A stretch of 16,078 nt of DNA, taken from positions 1 to 16,078 of the forward strand of contig JBJCIZ010001379.1 in assembly GCA_051294375.1 (NCBI GenBank), given 5' to 3'. Source of the stretch: Paraspadella gotoi. Taxonomy: Eukaryota > Animalia > Chaetognatha. A program made the position numbers and the translations under genes. Under the pieces are notes generated by a model. It was not told where the DNA came from. It was given only the letters and a program-made list of their open reading frames with translations, and made no database searches. Positions 8,590 to 16,078 of this stretch are shown here, one piece after another (the first letter of the stretch is position 1; each line of letters begins with the position of its first letter).

Positions 8590-9096
8590 AATGCGCCGGA
8601 GTGGAACGCACAAAAATCGTTTTTTTTTAGCTCGTAACTTCCATCCATTGCTCTTTTTTTTTAACCGTCCAATTGTTTACCTTTCTCGTCCATTCAACGG
8701 AGTTTTGAAAATAACCGCTTAAGGGAACAAACCTTTTTATTCGCGGTTAGATTAAGGAGAGGAGGAGAAGGCCGGAGGATGGGGGCCGGTAGTTGAGGGA
8801 GTTGTGGCCTTTGGCTAAGTGAATTGTGAAGTGGACTTCGAGATGTGATTGAGGTGAATGAAAGGTTTTAGCGATTGTAATAATAAATTATTATTATTCT
8901 TAACAGCAACGAATAAAAAAAAAGATTGTAAACAAATTTTCTTCGTAAAGTATATTATAAATGTCAGCTATTTTGAACGGGCGATATAATTACTATTTAA
9001 TCAGCGCTGGCCAAGAGACGAAAATAACTTACCTTTCGTTCCTCACTCCCGTCCCCTTTCTCCCCCCCCCCACTGCCACCCCCCTACCAAATTTAG

Positions 9097-9240
9097 ACAA
9101 TTGTGCCAACTACTCTCCCCGGTCAAAGGACGGTTTGAGAAGACACCCTCCACTTTGTCACGCGCGACGTCCCGGCGAGAATTCACGCCATGGGAGCAGA
9201 GACGTGGAAACTCATCGTCGTGTGAGGGATCCAAGCAAAC
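9097..9240 (+). CDS. HS3ST: Heparan sulfate 3-O-sulfotransferase, internal exon A (contains apparent 1-bp indels)
   Basis: TTAG| acceptor and |GTGAGT donor; across frames it reads PTTLPGQRTV-EKTPS-(Y)FVTRDVPARIHAM-..-KLIVV-(V)RDPSK, matching the HS3ST motif EKTPSYFVT...PARI..M...KLIVVVRDP. Confidence 0.88.
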
Positions 9241-9263
9241 GTGAGTGTAAAGATTGGGTGTGT

Positions 9264-9363
9264 AGTGAGGTGAGTGAGTGAGTGATGTGAGTGAGTGAGT
9301 GAGTGAGTGAGTGAGTGAGTAGAGTGAGCGAGTCAGTGAGCGTAGACTAGCGAGCGAGCGAGT
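9264..9363. repeat. (GTGA)n / (GCGA)n tetranucleotide microsatellite
   Basis: Run of GAGT units just downstream of the exon A donor. Confidence 0.9.
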
Positions 9364-10093
9364 CACAGGGTTATAGAGTTATATCACAGGCGGGACTGGT
9401 AGCTGTGTGAACAAGTCAGTCGCTGATTCGATGTATTTAACTGGCGGTCTAAATTTGTGCCGGTGTTTCGCCAGTGATTCATCTTCTTTTTTTTTTTTTC
9501 GGGTTTATTCCGTCGTTCGAATCAAAATGTGAATTTCATTTTCTCAAAAGAATTTTCCGAATTCTATTATTTCCTCGTTTAACGATCATGCATCTTAGGA
9601 AAAAAAGTAAACGAGAATCTTCTTCGATTTAAGGCTGAAATTTCAGCAGTAAACAGGATTTGACCTCGATTAAGACCCACAAACACCGGGTGGAAAAAAT
9701 CCCCGGGTTTAAGGCGAGGTATGACGAATAGAGACAACGCCGAATCTGATTTTAAAAGACGTAAGAAACCATGCAAACAAACTCAGAATTCTTTATTTTG
9801 TCTCAGTTTAAATGATCTTGCTTTGGTTTGTATTAAAATTCTTTTTTTTTTTCAACCATTCTTTTTCTATAAATTTTTTTTTAAACTCTGTCTTGAAATT
9901 ATAACTCATTTTTGCTTAAATAAAAGTAATAATATAAATAAAAAACGTCTTTGAGAAAATAAGCATAAGAAAAAAAAGAATCTGGATGTGTTTTACTTAG
10001 CGAGAAAAAAAAACGGAGACTGGACAAAATTGGGAAAAAAAAGCCTTGTGTTTTTATTTTGTTTTTTTTTCTCATTCTTCTTCGCTTTTCTAA

Positions 10094-10195
10094 TTCTATA
10101 AAGATGCACCCCCACTTGCCACTTCTATATTCTATAAAAATGCCACCCCTCTTGCCATTTTTCTGATTCTTATAAAAATGCCACCCCTCTGCCAT
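10094..10195. repeat. Minisatellite, 3 copies of ~36-37 bp (TTCTATAAAAATGCCACCCCTCTTGCCA...)
   Basis: Three near-identical units directly before the exon B acceptor. Confidence 0.85.
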
Positions 10196-10205
10196 CTCTC
10201 AACAG

Positions 10206-10290
10206 CGCCATCAGCGATTACACTCAAGTTCATCCAAACGTCGGGAATGAAATTGTTTCGAGAGACTCGCCTTTCTAAACAACGACACAG
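10206..10290 (+). CDS. HS3ST: HS3ST internal exon B (with indels)
   Basis: AACAG| ... |GTAAGT; reads AISDYTQV..SKR..MKL-FERLAFLNNDTG, matching the HS3ST RAISDYTQ...FE.L.F.N...G 3'-PAPS-binding region. Confidence 0.9.
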
Positions 10291-10914
10291 GTAAGTCTAA
10301 AGAGAGACTTTGAAAAATATTTTTTATTTATACAAAATTTATGGAAGATATTTGATTTTTTCTAAGCAAATGGTCGTAATTTACGATCAATCACCAGTAA
10401 ATTTAAATTCAAATCCAAGTACGATATTAATTAATTAAAAGTAATTACAAAGTAACAAATTTTAAAAGTTTCAAAGTTTAAAATTTTCAAATTTTCTAAT
10501 TTAAATTAGAAACAATTTAATATTAACATCCATAATTATCCCAAAAGAGTAAATGGAGGAGCGAAACATAACGATTATTTTGTTTACATTGTTACATTCT
10601 CTAATCTTTGATCTATTTTAAAAAAAAATAATAAAATTTTCGAAGTTTTTGTAAAATATTTTTTTCATTAAACTCGGAACCAATTTTTGATATTTTTACG
10701 AATGAAATCGCAAAATCCTTAACGATGGATCGAAAGATTAAACAAAACTTTATATTACTTTTAAGTCATTTTTAGATATTTTTTTTTTTTCGCGCGAAAA
10801 ACCAAGGAAAATAAAATAAACAACATCTTTTTTTTCTGTCATTTTTTTTTCTCTTTCATTTCGTAAATAAAATTCCCACGAGTAAATATCGACAGCAACT
10901 GTATTTTCGTTCAC

Positions 10915-11128
10915 CTCCTCTCTCTCTCTCTCTTCTCTCCTCTCTTCTCTCTCTCTTCTCTCTCTCTCTTCTCTCTCTCTCTCTCTCTCTCCTCTCTTCT
11001 CTCTCTCTGACTTTTCAACTGTATAAACCTTTTAAAGAAATTTAAATGACGGACCCACTGTTACCTTATAGGTCCTTCTTGCAGAAGGTACCTAGGTATC
11101 TATCTATCTATCTCTCTCTCTCTCTCTC
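10915..11128. repeat. (CT)n 10915-11008 and (ATCT)n/(CT)n 11097-11128
   Basis: Visible simple repeats. Confidence 0.85.
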
Positions 11129-11233
11129 TTTCCCTACTTATTTTTGTCGTCTTCTAACAACCTTCTGTTTAACATTACCCCCTAACTTTACCCAACCTCA
11201 CCTTACCCTCGCTTTACCTTCCCCCCCCCGCAG

Positions 11234-11403
11234 GGTTGATCGACACCTCGTGGCCGCAATCAAGATCCGGAGTACAGCGCAAACATCTTTCGAACGCTGA
11301 GTTCAAGTTTTTCGATCCGAAAACAAATGCATTTCGTTGACGGAGAAAAACCTAATCGTTAATCCCGGGAGACGAGATGATTCAAAGTGCAGGGACTTTT
11401 TAG
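11234..11403 (+). CDS. HS3ST: HS3ST internal exon C (many indels)
   Basis: Pyrimidine tract CCCCCCCCCGCAG| ... |GTGATT; across frames GLIDTSW-AIKI-G..-KHL-ER-(W)FKFF-..KQMHFVDGEK-LIVNP-GDEMI-KVQ-DFLG, matching HS3ST3-type GLIDTSWSAI.IG.Y..HL..WL..F...Q..FV.GE.LI..P..E...VQDFLG; phase-1 junctions agree with exons B and D. Confidence 0.88.
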
Positions 11404-11404
11404 G

Positions 11405-11520
11405 TGATTGATTGATTGGATCGGATTGAATGTTTGTTTGATTTATTGATTGGATTTATTGATTGATTTTTTATTTATTGATCGATCGATTAAATGATTG
11501 ACTGAATGAATGTAAATGAT
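11405..11520. repeat. Degenerate (GATT)n microsatellite
   Basis: TGATTGATTGATT-type units starting at the exon C donor. Confidence 0.75.
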
Positions 11521-11808
11521 CAAAATTCAAAAGTTAGAACGGATTATTGATTATTGAACGATAATAAACAGCGTAGATAATTTATGATCCATAATTGATT
11601 GATTTAATTGATTGGCCTAATTTTCAATAATTTTGATAAATGAACTGCTTTACATAATTACTAAATTCTTAATTCCGACGCAAACGGTTTTTAATGAGAT
11701 TTAAAAAAATAAAAATGGGGGAAAAAAATATTGTGATTAATTCGAACCTCGAACGAGAAGATTTTGGAAATCACCTTTGATTAAGATCCCGATTTTTAAA
11801 CATCCGCA

Positions 11809-12137
11809 TTTTTGGTTGCGCCGCGGATATTCGCGGAGAAACTCTATAAGTCAGATTATCTGGTCGGTCTGTCCGGTCCGTCTACGCATGTATCTGTTTC
11901 CGTGTCGGTCTGGACCCACTTACGTTTAATATGTATATTATATTTTTTTTTTGCCTATAGTTGATGTATTGCTCAGGCTTCAGAGAAAATAATTACCTTC
12001 AAATCTAAGTGTCTGCTAGCGCATGTCATGTCATGTAGCATCATGTCATGTAATGTCATTTTAAGTCATGAGAAATACTCGTGATGAGGCGAGTTACTGC
12101 GGCGCAACACATTTTGAATTTTAGGCCGTTCTTGTTT
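11809..12137 (+). mobile_element. Putative non-autonomous Helentron-associated (HINE/DINE-1-like) element
   Basis: T-run, then GTTGCGCCGC (11815-11824) with inverted copy GCGGCGCAAC (12099-12108); 5' internal hairpin CCGCGG-ATAT-TCGCGG; CTCTATAAG followed by a (GTCN)n microsatellite; internal (CATGT)n; ends CTTGTTT. Confidence 0.55.
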
Positions 12138-12516
12138 GTTTTTTTTTACAAATTTTTGCTCCATTTAATCCATTTGTCCATTTGTTATAATTTCATCGTT
12201 TGTCCATTCTTTAGTGGTATGTCCCCCCATTTTTTTTGCGCCGTTGATTCACTGATTTCTGCCGTTCCGAGGTGAAATAAAAAAATGTGATAAATCAGTG
12301 GTGAAGGTTTTCCGTTGAGAAATGATTCTGCTTGATAATCGAGATAAACGATGATATTGATTTCGTTTTTTTTCGATTTCGCCATTTGCCTGGGTTTGGA
12401 GAGACAATGCGTTAAATTGATGAACGTTTATTGTCACTGACTTGTTTGTGATTGGTTTCACTTAGAATCTCTGTATTTTCCTGTCGGGTTATTTTTGTAA
12501 TGGATTGTAAGAATAG

Positions 12517-12653
12517 CGAGAGAGAGATGAGAGAGAGATGAGACCGAGAAGAGAGAGGAGTACGAGAGTACGGAGAAGATGAGATGAGAAAGACGAGTGA
12601 GAGAGAGAGAGGTGAGAGAGAGGATGAGAAGAGAGAGAGATGAGAGAGAGAGA
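12517..12653. repeat. Imperfect (AG)n microsatellite
   Basis: Visible run before the exon D acceptor. Confidence 0.85.
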
Positions 12654-12691
12654 TCTCTAACCCCTCCTTTCAACACCCCTTCTCCTCCCAG

Positions 12692-12948
12692 GCTTCCGTC
12701 GAGTCATCTCTTCAGCGACTTCGTCTTCAACGAATCCAAAGGTTTCCCTTGCCTCAAGCGGCCCCAATAACCTGCAGTCGCCCGTCAAGTGCCTGGGTGA
12801 AGACAAGGGCCGTCGACACCCTTGGGTCCACAGTACACCTGGACAGCTCAACGATTTCTTCATGCCCTTCCAACGAGAAGTTCTTCAGATGATCGGGCAG
12901 CACATGACTGGCCGAAGCAGCCCGCGAGGCAGCAGGGTTCGCGTGTAG
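12692..12948 (+). CDS. HS3ST: HS3ST terminal exon D (with indels; stop position uncertain, TAG at 12946-12948 is a candidate)
   Basis: CTCCTCCCAG| acceptor; reads RRVIS-SDFVFNESKGFPCLKRP-NNLQSPVKCLGEDKGRRHP...QLNDFFMPF-NEKFF-MIGQH-DW, matching HS3ST FN.TKGFPCLK...CLG..KGR.HP...FY.PFN..F..M.G..F.W. Confidence 0.9.
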
Positions 12949-13009
12949 AAGGGGTATGGCGGGAGAGGGGGGAAGAAAAAGAGGGTGGGTGGGTTTAAGG
13001 GGGTACGGA

Positions 13010-13119
13010 GGTGTCTCCTCTCATCTAATGTGGTTTTTGGGGGTGTTCCTCTTCATTTAATATGGGGTTTGGGGGTGCTCCTCTCATCTAAATGGGGTTT
13101 GGGGGTGTACCTCTCATTT
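13010..13119. repeat. Minisatellite, ~3.5-4 copies of ~30 bp (GGGGGTGYTCCTCTCATYTAATRTGGGGTTT)
   Basis: Recurring CCTCTCATCTAA...GGGGTTTGGGGGTG units in the presumed 3' UTR. Confidence 0.85.
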
Positions 13120-16078
13120 CTTTATGATTAAAAAATTTTTTTTGTGGGAAGGGAAGATAATTTGTTTTTTGCAACAGATCCGGGAGCAAATCCTTCAATT
13201 TCGTTTGTTTTTAAAATAAACTAATATTAATAATAGTAAAACGATTTAAATTAACGAAGTACAATTAATTAGTTTTGTTTTTATTCATTCCGTTTCGAAA
13301 AAAACAAAACAAAACAAACAGATTCGTCTCCGCTCACACCCCCTCCCCCTTCCTCTGATGTCTGAGAAGTCTGCGTGCCTTAAAACGAATTTTGTGTGGG
13401 GAAAAAAAAAAAAGAAAATAAAAAGTTTTTCTTTTATTTTTTTTTTTTTCGAAAAAAAGACGGAAGTCCCTCGGTATCGTGGGCGTGGCATCGGACGCCC
13501 GCGGAAAAGTCGGTATTAAGCGAGAAAGTATGATGCGATAAACGAATATAAACAAAAACAATTTTTTTTTTTTTATTGTAAAATATCTCTCTGAAATCTC
13601 GCCGGGCGTTCCTTTTTGTCTTCGCGGGGCGGAAAAAGAAAAAAGGTGCTACTTTGTGGCGAAGGAATGGATTATTTTTTTTAATGGGATTTACGCGTAT
13701 CTCCCCCGCCGTTAACGGAGACTTTCCTTTGCGCGTTCCCTCTCGTTTTCTTACTTTTTTTTTTAATTTATGTCACAAAATTTACGTAAATAAACAAACC
13801 ACATAACATAATCACCACACACGTTTAAATTAAAAACTAAAAAAAAAAAATCCTTTGATTAGTTCCCACCGGCGAAATAAAACAACAACAAAATGGTGAT
13901 TGACGATTCTCGTTTTTTGTTGAAGGTCTTTATTTTCCGTTCGTTTGTTGACACTTTGTGTCGTTTTAAACAAAAAAAACCAAAAACATAAAAAAAATAT
14001 CCAACCCTCTGTTTTTTTTTTGTTTTTTTTTTTGGTATGGTAAGTCCCTTTGGTCAAAGAGTAACAGTATTTTTTTTTTCGGTCTGACCGTTATGAAAAT
14101 ATTTTTGACCCCTTGACCCATTTCAAAGGATATCCGCTTTTACGATTTTTTTTTTATAAAAAAAATTATTTCTCTCTTTTGGTCCCCTTGCTTCTTTATC
14201 ATCGTGCATCTCTCTCTCTCCTCTCTGTCTCTCTGTACTTCTCTCTCTCTCTCTTCTCATTGCCTTTTAAAAAAACGACCCTCCAAGCGCCAATCTCGTT
14301 TTTAACTTTTTAAAATTGAATTTGTGTTTTTTTTCAACTTTCATTTAATGTTTCAAAAACTGCTCCCTCGTTTTTAATCTCTTTAAATAAAAACATCATA
14401 GTCAAATTTTTGGCGCTGTTGATATCCTCACTTTTTTTCATTCGAACATTACTTATTGTATTAATTGAAAAAAAGTTTTCAGTCTAAACATTCATACCTT
14501 CGTTTTATTTGTTCATTCATTTCTTGCGACGTAAGGAGAGACAAATAGGGTTTTTTTTTTTTGTGAAGTTAATTTGATTTCGCTCAAGTCTTTTCGAATA
14601 TTAACTTAAAAAAATGAATTTAGGTGAAAAAACTAAAAAAAATATCGCCTTGTCGTCGAATCTGAACTTTCATTCTTTCTCCTCTGTTATCAACAGAAAC
14701 TTGATTTTCGAAAAAAAAATGGTTTAAAAAAAAAAAAACATAAACTCATCTTTGAAAAAAAAATATATATAAATTAGAACAAATTAATGGAGTTTTTGGT
14801 TTCCAGATCTTATTAAAAGATTTTTAACTATTGGGCGGAGGTGTAGTAAGAGAGAAAAAAATATATCTATAGGTAGTTAGGGGGCCAAATTTTTGTTTTT
14901 ATTTTTTTATAGTTCGTTTTATATTTAGATATATTAAAACGAGAGGGGCCCCCCCCCCCCCTCCCCCGACGAGAATTTTGTTAAAGACGAGGAATGAGTG
15001 AAATAGCAAGGAGAGTAAAAAAAAGACTGGGAAATTGGGGGCTGTATGCGTTATTTTTGTTATGATTTTGTGTTCAATTTTAAGGTAGCTATAACGTGTG
15101 TGTATCATATTAGATGATAGATGAGGTATTTATATTAAGGATCAGGTAGTTAAAACCTGTTGTAGTATTGTTATATGGGTGTTGAAGTATCTGTATTTGT
15201 CGTTAAGCCACCAGCCAAGAGAGTATTAATGGGAGGTGTGCGCGGGGGGTGGGCAGGGAGGGGAAACACAGAGCCCCGACCTGACCCCCCTTATTCCACC
15301 GACAAAAAGGGATATTTTTTTCACCACCCACTCGCCGCCTGTTTGGGGCGTTATTTTTTTTTGTATGTTTGATTTTTGTGTATTTATATTTTTATTTCTT
15401 TTTTGTTATTCACTTTTTTGTTATAAAAAGACAGAACAAGCAGACCAATTCGCAAAAAAAGGGACGGTAGCAAAACGGGATTGGAAGAGTATCCGCACCC
15501 AAACCTCTTTTTGTGTTATTTAAACAGATTGTTTTTTTTGTCCCACTTTTACAAACCAAAATTGACTTATGATGGTTAGATTTTGATTAAATTCATTTCC
15601 TCATTTGCAATGGAAGCATTTTTAAAATTTAACCAATATATATATGCTATAATAAATGCTTAAAAATTTTTTGTAGGAAAAATTTCATTTTTAAAATGAA
15701 TTCTGGATAACGATATAAAATAGTTACGAATAAAGGTTAGTATTAACATTTCAAAATTGTTATATTGATAAGGAAATTGGCTAGAAACTTTGAAAAAACT
15801 TTATAAAATCATCATCGATTGCATGTTAAATAAATTTGAATGGAGTTTGTGGCGGTATAATTCACACCCGACATCACGTCCACCTTCGATCGAGCCCAAT
15901 CCATTAGGCTCAGAAGAGGAACATACCAATCCCAGGAGGTAGTGGGTTCGCCATACAGTCCAAACGATCTTCCCTCTGCAATAGAGCGAGACCGTTCCTA
16001 GGGTAACCGCGCCCAGTGACTGGAGGCGGTCACTGAGGGGTCGGAAGCCCCCAAAGCCAACAGTGAGATGCCCCCATA

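Noticed and set aside
6037-8611. ORFs rich in S/L/P or E/R (e.g. 6037-6489, 8003-8431, 8309-8611)
   Set aside because: Translations of GA/CT microsatellites and polypurine tracts
8961-9281. 106-aa ORF as a stand-alone gene
   Set aside because: Overlaps HS3ST exon A mostly in a wrong frame; only short pieces such as RDPSK are real
12657-12863. Minus-strand 68-aa ORF
   Set aside because: Antisense shadow of HS3ST exon D
13010-13119. ~30-bp repeats (and those at 10094-10195) as a CRISPR-like array
   Set aside because: Head-to-tail tandem units with no unique spacers, eukaryotic context, no cas genes
13285-15523. Short F/K-rich ORFs downstream of HS3ST
   Set aside because: Produced by poly-A/T runs; no coding character or recognisable domains
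15960-16078. Hammerhead or HDV-like ribozyme call
   Set aside because: No CUGANGA/GAAA core and no consistent P1-P2-P3/L3 nesting found by eye on either strand; kept only as an untyped structured island

Overview
Eukaryotic (animal-like, AT-rich, microsatellite-rich) genomic DNA. Bases 1-6031 are an intact, apparently young Ty3/gypsy LTR retrotransposon of the CsRn1 clade on the + strand. It shows the last 144 bp of the 5' LTR, a tRNA-Trp-like PBS, gag with a CHCC knuckle, a -1 frameshift signal, pol (PR-RT-RH-IN with GPF module), a PPT and a complete 523-bp 3' LTR. Downstream, four exons missed by the ORF track (9097-9240, 10206-10290, 11234-11403, 12692-~12948, + strand) encode the C-terminal part of a heparan sulfate 3-O-sulfotransferase (HS3ST, most like HS3ST3/Hs3st-B). 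These exons carry many 1-bp indels, probably long-read errors. The N-terminal HS3ST exon(s) are not in the window, so the retrotransposon probably lies in sense orientation inside an HS3ST intron. The introns hold microsatellites, a minisatellite and a likely Helentron-type non-autonomous element (11809-12137). A structured GC-rich island of unknown nature runs off the right edge. I see no convincing wholly new biological system. The most unusual points are the non-canonical DGG protease motif, the intronic sense insertion, and RNA-structure features around the PBS and frameshift site.
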